NCBI GenBank assembly: GCA_963665665.1
Contig: OY762428.1
Span: 1,088,001 to 1,152,000, forward strand
Length of the DNA: 64,000 nucleotides
From: Candidatus Kapaibacterium sp.
GTDB lineage: Bacteria; Bacteroidota; Ignavibacteria; Kapaibacteriales; UBA2268
Reading direction: 5' to 3'
The position numbers and the translations under genes are program-made. The notes below the pieces were generated by a model, which was given only the letters and a program-made list of their open reading frames with translations, was not told the DNA's origin and made no database searches. This document shows, piece by piece, positions 48,963 through 58,864 of this stretch; position 1 is the first letter of the stretch, and every line of letters begins with the position of its first letter.

Positions 48963-50525
48963 TTACCCGGCAATCTCAAGCCTTTTCTTTTTTGCAAGGC
49001 GCAGGCGCCAGCGTATTATGCCGTATAGCACAAACAGCAGCGGCGGCAGAACCATGTTCCCGTATTTCAGGAAATTCCGCGTTCCGTCAGATATTTCGGC
49101 TATTATCGGCTGGGATACATTTTTTGCCCTGATATTTATAAGCCCCGCGTCGTCGGCGAGGTAATCTACAGTGTTGGCAAAGAGCGCCAGGTTTTCCGAG
49201 GACTGCCCGGCAAAGCGGTCCTGCATAAATATCCCCGAGCCGCAAACCACTATGGTAGTTTGGGGGCTTTCATCAGCAGCAGGCCTGAACCTGGAATTAC
49301 CCCTGAAATAGGATTTGAAACTACCGTAGAAAGATGCCATTACAGGTATATGGTTCTCTGTGAAATCTGCCGGAGTCCACTGCCTCGTGGGGTCTATCCT
49401 GAAGTTTGAAGTTTCCCTGCCGCTGCTTTCGGACGTCATGGCAATCACTTCGGTTTTAATTCCGAGCTGCGCTGCAAGGGAAGTATCAATCGAGCTGGCA
49501 AATGGCATAAATACATTTTCCAGTCCCTGAGCAATCACATTTTCATCGCCGAAATTATTAATTATCATCAGGTATGGCAGTTGCACCGGGGTCTGAACAT
49601 TGAACTGTCCCTGAGGCCGTGTCATTATCACATTTCCGCACAGGTCGTCCCTTACCAGGTCGGCATTGACAACAATACCGTATTTCCGGAGCATATCTTC
49701 AAGCTTTGTAAAGTTGAGCTGACCCTCGGGGTTTTGCAATGTTTCATCGAACATTACCGAGCCTTTGAAATAAGCGAGCCTGCCGCCCTTCATCAGGTAT
49801 GAGTCTATGGCGTATAAGGCTGAATCTGAAAACGGCTGCTTGGGATCAATTATCAGCAAAGCAGCCAGATTATCAGGAATCTCTTCACCTTTTGATAGGT
49901 CAATACTAACAGGTTCGTACTGCTTTGCTATTGCAAGCCCTGCAACACGCATCTGACCCAGGTCGCTCTCGCCCTGACCAATGGTGTAACCTATTTCTTT
50001 CATACCTTTTGTTGTAAGCCGTTTTATCGAGCTTGACAGGTCATATTCCATCGTGGAAAGATCCTGGATCACCGGCAGAACCTCCCGCTTATCCTCGTAC
50101 ATAATTACTGCGCCCATGAAAGCCCTTTTCACTTCCGCTTTATCTTCTTCGACCACCTGTATTTCGAGTGGCGGAACCCCTTCAAGCTGCGCTTCCTTTT
50201 CCATTTCCCCGCCTTTTGGGTCGATAAATTCAAATTGCAGCATATCCCCGGCAAACTGTTTGTATTCATTCAGAATATCAACAAACAGCCTGCGGTTGCC
50301 ATTGTAAGGTGCAGGAAGGTCCTCGGTAAAGTATGCTTTTACAGTTACTTTATCATCAAGGTTCGAGACAATTTCCCGGCTTGCGTCGGAAAGCGTATAA
50401 AGTCCGTTCGCCGTCATATCAACCCTGAAAAACAAGCGGACCGATATAATATTCAGCACAATGATAATTGCAAGTACAATCCAAAATGTAAACATATTCT
50501 GCTTTTTGGCTGATCTTTTTTCCAT
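48963..50525 (-). CDS. gldG: GldG-family ABC transporter auxiliary component
   Basis: R.DMT.NGLYTLS.AS, F.FIDP, EYDLSSSI, C-terminal TM; ATG at 50525 preferred over 50564. Confidence 0.85.
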   Translation of the reverse strand: MEKRSAKKQNMFTFWIVLAIIIVLNIISVRLFFRVDMTANGLYTLSDASREIVSNLDDKVTVKAYFTEDLPAPYNGNRRLFVDILNEYKQFAGDMLQFEFIDPKGGEMEKEAQLEGVPPLEIQVVEEDKAEVKRAFMGAVIMYEDKREVLPVIQDLSTMEYDLSSSIKRLTTKGMKEIGYTIGQGESDLGQMRVAGLAIAKQYEPVSIDLSKGEEIPDNLAALLIIDPKQPFSDSALYAIDSYLMKGGRLAYFKGSVMFDETLQNPEGQLNFTKLEDMLRKYGIVVNADLVRDDLCGNVIMTRPQGQFNVQTPVQLPYLMIINNFGDENVIAQGLENVFMPFASSIDTSLAAQLGIKTEVIAMTSESSGRETSNFRIDPTRQWTPADFTENHIPVMASFYGSFKSYFRGNSRFRPAADESPQTTIVVCGSGIFMQDRFAGQSSENLALFANTVDYLADDAGLINIRAKNVSQPIIAEISDGTRNFLKYGNMVLPPLLFVLYGIIRWRLRLAKKKRLEIAG

Positions 50526-50526
50526 G

Positions 50527-51243
50527 TTACCATTTCCTCCTTCCAAGCGACAGAACCGAGGCATATAAAGCTATTCCCCCGATAGAAGCAAAATAAATTA
50601 TATCACGGCTGTCAATCACACCTCGTGACATATTTGAATAATGGTAGGAAGTAGCGATAAATTCCATCGTAGAAACAATCACAGGTGGCATAAACAAGAG
50701 AAAATATCCCATCATGAAAAGCAGCAGGTTAATGATAAGCGCAATTATAAATGCAACTACCTGGTTCTTTGTAAAGCTTGACGCCAGCAGCCCGACAGCG
50801 ATATTAACTCCGCTCATAAGCAACAGGCCGAAGTAAGCCGTAAGCACGGGCCCGTTATCCATATCCCCGAGCGCGCCGGCAGTCAGCCAGTAAAGAAAAG
50901 TCGGCACAAGGGCTATTAATATCAAAGCCCATGAAGCCAGAAATTTCCCGGCAACAATTCCCCAGTCGCTTACGGGTTTGGTTACGAGCAGTTCAATTGT
51001 CCCGCTTTTCCTTTCTTCGGAAAGCTGTCTCATGGTGATTGCCGGAACAATAAAAAGCAGTATCCACGGCGCCACACTGAAGAACTTTTCTAAAGTAGCA
51101 ATCTTGTTTATAAAAAAAGTGCTGAACGTGAACCATCCTGTCAGCCCAAGGAAAACAACGATGATAATATATGCAACAGCTGAATTGAAGAAGGAAGCCA
51201 GTTCCTTCCTGAATACAACTCCTGCCATGTCTAATACTTTCAT
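50527..51243 (-). CDS. gldF: GldF-family ABC permease
   Basis: KEL.SFFNS..AY, PAITMR..SEERKSGTIELL.TKP, GKF, RGVIDSRDIIYF. Confidence 0.88.
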   Translation of the reverse strand: MKVLDMAGVVFRKELASFFNSAVAYIIIVVFLGLTGWFTFSTFFINKIATLEKFFSVAPWILLFIVPAITMRQLSEERKSGTIELLVTKPVSDWGIVAGKFLASWALILIALVPTFLYWLTAGALGDMDNGPVLTAYFGLLLMSGVNIAVGLLASSFTKNQVVAFIIALIINLLLFMMGYFLLFMPPVIVSTMEFIATSYHYSNMSRGVIDSRDIIYFASIGGIALYASVLSLGRRKW

Positions 51244-51334
51244 AATACAATGCTGAATAATTTATAAATAATTTTCAATTTTAACCTAACCATCCTTTTT
51301 CCGACCTCTCCTCCTAGTTATACAAGTAAAGGAG

Positions 51335-51367
51335 AACCTTCCGAAGGTTTTAAACCTTCGGAAGGTT
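51335..51367. repeat. Perfect 33-bp REP-type palindrome inside the gldA-gldF spacer
   Basis: AACCTTCCGAAGGTTT-T-AAACCTTCGGAAGGTT; each arm is itself nearly palindromic. Confidence 0.85.
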
Positions 51368-51382
51368 ATATTACTAAGGTGC

Positions 51383-52387
51383 TTATCTCTTTTCTTCATT
51401 AGTATTTTCATTCTCAATATCCGTCAAAACCTCCTGATAAAAATTCTCAGTTGTCAATTGCCGGAATAATTCTTCCAGGCTGGCGGTTTTTCTGCTAAGC
51501 CCGAGAATAGGCCAGTTCTGTTCCACAGCCATGCTGAATAGTTTCTCTCTCAGGTCTGTGCCTTTAGCAGAATACAGATTGAAGAAATGGCTATCACTCT
51601 CACTTTTCTGATAGACCACTTTCTCGCTGCCCTCAATCGAAGCTAAAAGTGGATGCATTTCCGCCATCGGGTCGCTGACTTCCGCTTTCAGCTCTACGTT
51701 TATAATATCCGAACCCCGGAAGCTGCCCTGTAGTTCATCCAGAGTTCCGTCCGCGACGATATTCCCCTTATTTATAATTACAACGCGATCGCATGTGGCT
51801 TGAACTTCAGACAAAATATGAGTTGACAGGATCACTGTTTTCGACATTCCAATCGATCGGATAAGCTGTCTTATTTCCACTATCTGGTTCGGATCGAGTC
51901 CGCTCGTGGGTTCGTCAAGTATCAAAACATCGGGATCGTGTATCAGAGCCTGCGCAAGCCCTACTCTCTGACGATAGCCTTTGGACAGTTCGCCAATATC
52001 TTTGTGGCGGACGGATTTCAGCCCGCAGACTTCCACCATCTCGTCCATTCGGGATTTTATCATTGATTTTTTCATTCCCTGCATTTTTGCCGAGAAATCA
52101 AGGAATTCAATTACATTCATATCGTGATAGAGTGGGTTCGATTCCGGCAGGTAACCGATCTTCTTCCTTACTTCTATGGAATGCTCAAAAATATCAAGCC
52201 CGTCAACTTCCACCATCCCCGAGGTCGGTGGCATGAAGCAGGTAATGATCTTCATCGTGGTGGTTTTACCGGCTCCGTTTGGCCCGAGAAAGCCAAGAAT
52301 TTCACCTTTGTTCACTTCGAATGAAATATCGTTCACCGCCCGGGTGTCGCCGTATAACTTAGTCAGATTTCTTACTTTTATTGACAT
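51383..52387 (-). CDS. gldA: GldA-family ABC ATP-binding protein
   Basis: GPNGAGKTT Walker A, LSKGYRQRVGLAQA, ILDEPTSGLDPNQ, STHIL. Confidence 0.88.
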   Translation of the reverse strand: MSIKVRNLTKLYGDTRAVNDISFEVNKGEILGFLGPNGAGKTTTMKIITCFMPPTSGMVEVDGLDIFEHSIEVRKKIGYLPESNPLYHDMNVIEFLDFSAKMQGMKKSMIKSRMDEMVEVCGLKSVRHKDIGELSKGYRQRVGLAQALIHDPDVLILDEPTSGLDPNQIVEIRQLIRSIGMSKTVILSTHILSEVQATCDRVVIINKGNIVADGTLDELQGSFRGSDIINVELKAEVSDPMAEMHPLLASIEGSEKVVYQKSESDSHFFNLYSAKGTDLREKLFSMAVEQNWPILGLSRKTASLEELFRQLTTENFYQEVLTDIENENTNEEKR

Positions 52388-52627
52388 TTTTATTCGAAAA
52401 TAATAATCAAAATACTAAAGACTGATCAATACCATACGAATTGTGAATTATTTCAGGTAAAAGGGATAATCCCTTGTATCAACTCAGTATTGAAAACAAA
52501 AATAAGACTATAATCAATAAAATACCATTTTTGTGAAAATAATATAATTATCAGGAACTGTTTCCAATCAAAATCCTTTGAACTATTACTAATCTTTCGT
52601 ATTTTATTTTCACGATTATTATTATCA

Positions 52628-53269
52628 TTGAAAAATATCATGGGGAGAATTATATTGAAAACGCTTAGTTATTTTTTACTTTTCCTGCTGATAAGTATAT
52701 CATGCAAATCCGGCGCCGGATCGGATGAACTACGTAACGGCGATATTATTTTTCAGATAACAAACTCACGCCAAGGCCAGGCAGTGCAGATTGCCACCGG
52801 TTCAAAATATACTCATGTCGGCATTTTGTTCAAAAAGGATGATGAATTACTGGTTTATGAAGCAGTCCAGCCGGTAAAGATAACGCTGCTTGATGAATGG
52901 ATTGAAAGGGGAGTAGATAATCATTATGTTGTGAAAAGGCTGAAAAATGCTGATAACCTACTTACGAATGAAGTATTAGCCAAAATGAAAAATATCGGAG
53001 AGAAGCATATCGGAAAGGATTACGATTCCTACTTCGAATGGACGGATACAAGAATGTACTGCTCGGAACTTGTCTGGAAAATATATAATCAGGCGCTTGG
53101 CATTGAGATTGGCGGGCGGAAAAGGCTTGGGGATTTCAACATAAAAAATGAAATAGTACAGCAGCAACTCAGGGAAAGATACGGCGATAACATACCAATG
53201 GACGAACCCATGATTTCCCCCGGCGATATGTTCGATTCCGATCTTTTGGAAACAGTTGAGGAGAATTGA
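52628..53269 (+). CDS. YiiX/YebB-like permuted papain-fold (NlpC/P60) enzyme, probable lipoprotein
   Basis: GDIIFQ, YTHVGI, YD..F.W....YCSELVW motifs; lipobox-like ISC; start may be the ATG at 52640. Confidence 0.88.
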   Translation: MKNIMGRIILKTLSYFLLFLLISISCKSGAGSDELRNGDIIFQITNSRQGQAVQIATGSKYTHVGILFKKDDELLVYEAVQPVKITLLDEWIERGVDNHYVVKRLKNADNLLTNEVLAKMKNIGEKHIGKDYDSYFEWTDTRMYCSELVWKIYNQALGIEIGGRKRLGDFNIKNEIVQQQLRERYGDNIPMDEPMISPGDMFDSDLLETVEEN

Positions 53270-53394
53270 TATGAAGAGGGTAGAAGACATTCAAATCACA
53301 AATTGATTATATAATTGATCAATCCACAATGACCCTGGACTACATTGAAAAGGATAATTAAAAGCAAAAGGAAAATTTTATTACAAGAGGAAGC

Positions 53395-53458
53395 TCTACT
53401 GGATACAGAAAAACGATATTAAAAGGCGGAAAATTACATCATTGGCATGGGTGCGGAG
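53395..53458. repeat. 64-bp direct repeat, left copy (duplicate of the 3' end of the 55329..55949 gene)
   Basis: 62/64 identical to 55328-55391 by direct comparison. Confidence 0.93.
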
Positions 53459-53534
53459 GGAATATATTGACTTATTCTGATAGCTTTTTTTAAATGCATA
53501 TTTTTTCTGTTTTAAATTATTTATATCTTTGGAT

Positions 53535-54422
53535 ATGGAAAAAAACACAAATACAGATAATCCGCTTGCTGAGGTTTTTGGTTTTCCGATTACAAATAGC
53601 AGCTCAAAAGCAAAGCGTTATAGAGAGCAACGATTATGCCCATATAATAACAAATCCCCAAATTGTACAAAAGATAAGGCTAATCATCCACTTGGGGTCT
53701 GTAGTATTTACCATAAAGACCAACCCGTGATTACATGCCCAACAAGGTTCAGGGAGGATTGGTTAATAATTGAAAACGCCGCAGAATTTACTTTTGGAAA
53801 GAATTCTAATTTTACTTCCTTATCAGAAATCAAATTAACTGACAAAAATGGTCAATCTGCCGGAAATATTGATTTTATTTTAGTTCAATATGATAAAAAC
53901 GGAAAATTAACTGATTTCGCTTCTCTTGAAGTACAAGGCGTTTACATTACAGGAAATCTAAGAAATCCATTTGAAGAATTTGTCGAAAGACCAGACCCCA
54001 ATTTTCAATGGCAGGCAGGTTATAACTATCCAAAACCGGATTATCTATCTTCTTCACGAAAGAGATTGATCCCACAAATGCTCTATAAAGGCGGTATATT
54101 TAAGTACTGGCAAAAGAAACAAACCGTAGCTTTGCAAAAATCCTTTTATGACACTTTACCGGAATTACCACAAACAACTAAAAAAAATGCGGATATTGCG
54201 TGGTTTCTTTATGATTTAGAATATAATAATGTTGCAAAAAAATTCGATTTGAAACTTTCTAATACAATTTATACAGAATTTGAACCGGCATTAATGAAAA
54301 TAACAACACCGGAACCCGGAGATATTACGCATTTTATTGATATTCTTCAAACAAAACTTGATGAACATTTAGGTATTAATCCACCTGACGCTCCGACATT
54401 ATCAGATATTTTGAGTAGATAA
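53535..54422 (+). CDS. NotI-family restriction endonuclease
   Basis: AEVFG start, four-Cys cluster (CPY..C.K...GVCS....CP.RF), GNIDF, LEVQGVY.TG, PD.LSS.RKRL.PQ..YKG. Confidence 0.85.
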   Translation: MEKNTNTDNPLAEVFGFPITNSSSKAKRYREQRLCPYNNKSPNCTKDKANHPLGVCSIYHKDQPVITCPTRFREDWLIIENAAEFTFGKNSNFTSLSEIKLTDKNGQSAGNIDFILVQYDKNGKLTDFASLEVQGVYITGNLRNPFEEFVERPDPNFQWQAGYNYPKPDYLSSSRKRLIPQMLYKGGIFKYWQKKQTVALQKSFYDTLPELPQTTKKNADIAWFLYDLEYNNVAKKFDLKLSNTIYTEFEPALMKITTPEPGDITHFIDILQTKLDEHLGINPPDAPTLSDILSR

Positions 54423-55292
54423 ATGAAAGAACAACTATCACTTTTTGAAACAAAAGAAAAAAATACTCCGACAGTCGTTAATGTTGCGTCCATTCCTCAA
54501 AGAAGCCCGTTTAGGTATCCTGGTGGAAAAACTTGGTTAATCCCTATTGTCAGAAAATGGCTAAAACAGGGAAATAAGCCCGATTTATTATTTGAACCTT
54601 TTGCAGGTGGCGGTATTGTCAGTTTAACTACCGCATTCGAGAACTTGGCAGATAAAGTGATTATGGTTGAATTGGATAACGAAGTATCTGCTGTTTGGGA
54701 TGTTATTATCAATGATGATTATAAATGGTTGGCTGAAACAATTTTTTCATTTGAACTTACAATAGAAAACGCAAACAAAGTTCTCAATAAAAAAAATAAA
54801 AATTCAAGGGATCAGGCCTTAAGCACAATCATTAAAAATAGAATCTCGCATGGAGGAATAATTGCCAAAGGTTCCGGTTTAATAAAAAATGGTGAAAAAG
54901 GAAAAGGGATAAAATCAAGATGGTACCCAAAAACACTCAGGAACAGGATAGTAAATATTGGCCTTATCAGAGAAAAAATTGAGTTTATTCACGGCGACGC
55001 ATTTACTGAATTAGAAAAAATTGTCAATAAAAAAAATGCTTTCTCTTTCATTGACCCTCCTTATACTGTTGCCGGAAGAAGGCTTTACACACATTTTGAT
55101 ATAAACCATGACTATCTTTTCGAATTGGTTAGTAAAATTGGAGGTAAATATTTACTGACTTATGATGACACCGCAGAAATAAGATCATTATCAAAAAAAT
55201 ATAATCTTGACTTTAGAACAATACCAATGAAAACAACTCACCATATTCAAAAAAATGAAATATTAATTTCAGACAATTTTAACTGGTTATAA
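54423..55292 (+). CDS. D12/Dam-class DNA methyltransferase
   Basis: SPFRYPGGK, EPFAGGG, DPPY, LTYDD. Confidence 0.92.
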   Translation: MKEQLSLFETKEKNTPTVVNVASIPQRSPFRYPGGKTWLIPIVRKWLKQGNKPDLLFEPFAGGGIVSLTTAFENLADKVIMVELDNEVSAVWDVIINDDYKWLAETIFSFELTIENANKVLNKKNKNSRDQALSTIIKNRISHGGIIAKGSGLIKNGEKGKGIKSRWYPKTLRNRIVNIGLIREKIEFIHGDAFTELEKIVNKKNAFSFIDPPYTVAGRRLYTHFDINHDYLFELVSKIGGKYLLTYDDTAEIRSLSKKYNLDFRTIPMKTTHHIQKNEILISDNFNWL

Positions 55293-55327
55293 TTGTTTGT
55301 GTTATTAATTTTTCAGGGATTAATATT

Positions 55328-55391
55328 TCTACTGGATACCGAAAAACGGTATTAAAAGGCGGAAAATTACATCATTGGCATGGGTGCGGAG
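55328..55391. repeat. 64-bp direct repeat, right copy (within the 3' end of the CDS)
   Basis: Partner of 53395-53458. Confidence 0.93.
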
Positions 55392-55949
55392 AAATTTCTC
55401 CTGCTCGTTACGGATTTTATCTTCGGTTTTTTTCAGTTCTTCTTCTGCGTCTTCTTCGGATTCAATTGGCTGGTAATCCTCAGTTATAGTATTGCGGGAT
55501 TCAACAAACTCAACTTCAGTCTTATTCAGCCTGTCCATTATCGTTTTAACTGTTTCCACGGCTTTTTCCATTTTTTCATCATCGGCTTTGGTTGCATCAT
55601 CATCACTAAGCAAACCTGCAACCTCTTCGGCGAAAACAGCATTTTCTGTGGATGTACTGTTCAAAACCGAAGCAACAGAACTGCCGAAATCATTAACTAT
55701 GTTTGATATTTCTTCTTTGTCAGAGGATTTTAAAGTATTAAGAACATCATTGGCATATTGCCTTGCCTGCCCGAGATTTTTTATAAAGCCATAGTTCGAA
55801 AAGAAATTATTTGATATTGTTGAGCCCTGGCGGTAATCAGTTTTTGCCTGAACCTGTTCGGAAGAAAGGCTACGATCAGTATTGACGGGCTTTTCAGGAG
55901 AAATTCCGTTAACACCTTTTATCCCTATTTTTGATACTGCCGTGGCCAT
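55329..55949 (-). CDS. Hypothetical helical protein with weak flagellin C-terminal resemblance
   Basis: 206-aa ATG ORF with GAGTAGG upstream; acidic coiled-coil C-terminal half. Confidence 0.65.
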   Translation of the reverse strand: MATAVSKIGIKGVNGISPEKPVNTDRSLSSEQVQAKTDYRQGSTISNNFFSNYGFIKNLGQARQYANDVLNTLKSSDKEEISNIVNDFGSSVASVLNSTSTENAVFAEEVAGLLSDDDATKADDEKMEKAVETVKTIMDRLNKTEVEFVESRNTITEDYQPIESEEDAEEELKKTEDKIRNEQEKFLRTHANDVIFRLLIPFFGIQ

Positions 55950-56479
55950 AACCTACTCAAAAAGTATAGACACAATTATTCTTATTAAAATATAAATATT
56001 ATATATGAAATTTCAAAATGTTTTTTTACAAAAAATTAATTTTGTGTAAAATTTATTGTTGCTCACATCTGGTTTAGTATTTTTGACAATTACTTCCTTG
56101 AAGGGTTTAAAGTTAAAAAAAATTGCCATTGGGTTCGATTTTAAAAATAATTACATTTACAACCCTCGGTAAATATATATTTTCATATTAATTAACGTGA
56201 GCAAGTACCAATAATAATACCATTAGCAATCTTATTTTAATTACATGATCGCATAATCATACTGAGAAAATTATTCTTTTCTATTGCTAAAAGATTTTAT
56301 TTAAATATTCTGAAATATTAACTTTCATTATCTGAACATTAGCGTTTTATTATATTAATTTCATTATCACGTTAAAATATTAATAAAAATTCAAAATATT
56401 AGTAATTCAAACAAAAATATTTTGATTATCTTCTAATAATTCAATATTTTCGGCTTGTTGAACGGGGATTTTTGGTATT

Positions 56480-58828
56480 GTGTCGTTAACAAAGAAAACG
56501 GTATCAATGATTGTTTCAGGGGATGAAATTAAATTCTTTAAGAGTATATACGATTGCGTTAATGCTCCTGTTTTTATATCTGATATCTCTTCTGATATCA
56601 TTTACTCTAATCCTGTGGCCCAAAACATCCTTCTGCTTAAACCCGATAAAACTGACATCAATAGAATTTTTCATACTGATAGTTTTCAGAAATATTCAGA
56701 TTCTGTAAAAAATCTATCAACCGGGAAGACAATTGATTTGACAGATATTCAGATTCGAACTTCCAACGGAAATTCGTATCTGTGTGACCTGAAGATAAGT
56801 ATTGTCAGTTTTTCCGGTAAAGATTATTATGCTCATTTCCCGGATATTAAAAAAGAAAATGAAGAAGGCGGTATAAGAAAACTGTTGAGTGATTTAAAAG
56901 CCGACAACGACAGGTATAAAATTCTGGTTGAAAATCAGTCAGACGGAATTGTTATTGCCGATGTCGATGATAATTTTAGATTCTCGAACGAAGCAGCTAA
57001 CAGAATTTTCGGTACTTACCCCAACAGCCTGGTCGGGAAAAATGTTAAAGAATTCATCCGGGATAAATCCCAATTAGACCAATTGGAATCTGAAACTCAA
57101 TCCAGGATAAAAGGAAAAAAAAGTCAGTACAAACTTGAAATTTTTTCTCCGGATGGTGATAGAAAGATCATATCAATCAGTGTAAACCCTAAGTTAAACC
57201 AAGACGGAAAATTTGAATACAGTTTCGGAATCATCAGGGATATAACTGAACTGGATAATGCCCTTAATGAGTTAACCATCTCTGAAAATAAATATAAAAG
57301 CCTGTTTGACAATGCTATTATGGGTATTGTAATTATCTCTATGGAAGGCGAGGTTCTCGAATATAATGATTCGATGAAACGTCTCTTCAATCTTCCTGAA
57401 GATTATTCCGGAGACTTTGGCCTTAAAGACGCTTACTTCGATTACTCCGAAAGAGAATATTACCTGGAAAAGCTCTGCGAAGATAAGATTGTTCCCGAAC
57501 ATGAAAGGCGTTTCAGAAATTTTGACGGAAATGAAATATGGCTGCTGATGACACTAAGGCTGATTCAATATGACGGCCTGCCAGCAATCCAGGCCACAGC
57601 CACGGATATTACAACCAGGAAGCTTATCGAAGATGAGATAAAAGAGCAATCAGCAAGAATGAAATCACTCCTGGAAAATACTTCCGATATGATTTGGGCT
57701 GTAAATAATTCCTATGAGCTGATTGTTTGCAATAATAACGCATACGAGATTTATCTTCACCTTACAGGTCAAAAAATTAACCTGGGCCAGAATTTTGTCA
57801 ATTCTCAAAATGAGAACTTTAACAGTTTATGGAAAGAAAGATTTGATAAATGCTTGAATAACATCATTTATTCTGTTGAGGATACTTATAAATTTGAAGA
57901 TATTGAACTAACAATCGAAACTTCATTCAACCCTATCAAATTTGAAAAACAGGTAATTGGTGTTTCCTGTTTCAGCCGGGATATTACCGACAGAAAAAAA
58001 TCTGAGGAGGAAACACGTAAATTGATTGAAGAACTTCAGTGGGAAAAAGATACTGTTGAAGAAAATGCCAATCAAATGCATAAATTAAATTTGGCTCTTA
58101 CGAAATCAGAAGATGAATTAATAAAATCAAATGCCGCCAAGGACAAATTTTTCTCGATAATTGCTCATGACCTGCGTAGCCCGATTTCCGGGTTCATGGG
58201 GCTTTCCGAGGCGCTTGCAAAAGATTTCAGGGAACTGAACCTTTCGCAGATTAAGGAAATCGGGCAAGGGCTGCATTCATCTGCAAACCAGCTATTCCGC
58301 CTCCTCGAGAATCTTCTGCAATGGTCCAGGACACAAACCGGCGACATACCTTATAACCCTGATGCTGTTGACCTGTTCTATTTTATTCGTGATACTGTTT
58401 ATCTATACCAGAATAACGCCAATGAAAAAGATATTGAATTAATTGCAAATATTGATAAAGGAAATTTTGTTTGGGCGGATATTAATCATGTTGAAACAAT
58501 AATTCGAAACCTTACTTCAAATGCAATAAAATTCACCCGAAAAGGCGGTACTGTTGAAGTAAGTACAAAACAAGTTAATGACTTTATATCTATCAGCATA
58601 TCAGATAATGGCATCGGTATTCCAAAAGAAAAAATTGACGAATTATTCCAGTTAGGTAAGAACTCGACCACCCCCGGAACAAGTGGTGAGAAGGGTTCCG
58701 GCTTGGGACTTCTCCTTTGCAGAGAACTTGTTGAGAAAAATGGCGGCAAAATGTTTGTTGATAGCGAAATCGGTAAAGGAACCGTTTTCTCATTCACATT
58801 ACCATTACCGAATTACAGCAAGTTATAA
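56480..58828 (+). CDS. Cytoplasmic multi-PAS sensor histidine kinase
   Basis: About four PAS/PAC domains (RDIT motifs), H-box IIAHDLRSP, N-box NAIKFT, DNGIG and GSGLGL; start codon uncertain. Confidence 0.92.
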   Translation: MSLTKKTVSMIVSGDEIKFFKSIYDCVNAPVFISDISSDIIYSNPVAQNILLLKPDKTDINRIFHTDSFQKYSDSVKNLSTGKTIDLTDIQIRTSNGNSYLCDLKISIVSFSGKDYYAHFPDIKKENEEGGIRKLLSDLKADNDRYKILVENQSDGIVIADVDDNFRFSNEAANRIFGTYPNSLVGKNVKEFIRDKSQLDQLESETQSRIKGKKSQYKLEIFSPDGDRKIISISVNPKLNQDGKFEYSFGIIRDITELDNALNELTISENKYKSLFDNAIMGIVIISMEGEVLEYNDSMKRLFNLPEDYSGDFGLKDAYFDYSEREYYLEKLCEDKIVPEHERRFRNFDGNEIWLLMTLRLIQYDGLPAIQATATDITTRKLIEDEIKEQSARMKSLLENTSDMIWAVNNSYELIVCNNNAYEIYLHLTGQKINLGQNFVNSQNENFNSLWKERFDKCLNNIIYSVEDTYKFEDIELTIETSFNPIKFEKQVIGVSCFSRDITDRKKSEEETRKLIEELQWEKDTVEENANQMHKLNLALTKSEDELIKSNAAKDKFFSIIAHDLRSPISGFMGLSEALAKDFRELNLSQIKEIGQGLHSSANQLFRLLENLLQWSRTQTGDIPYNPDAVDLFYFIRDTVYLYQNNANEKDIELIANIDKGNFVWADINHVETIIRNLTSNAIKFTRKGGTVEVSTKQVNDFISISISDNGIGIPKEKIDELFQLGKNSTTPGTSGEKGSGLGLLLCRELVEKNGGKMFVDSEIGKGTVFSFTLPLPNYSKL

Positions 58829-58864
58829 ATTAATTCTATATCCCTGAACACTTCTGAATATAAA

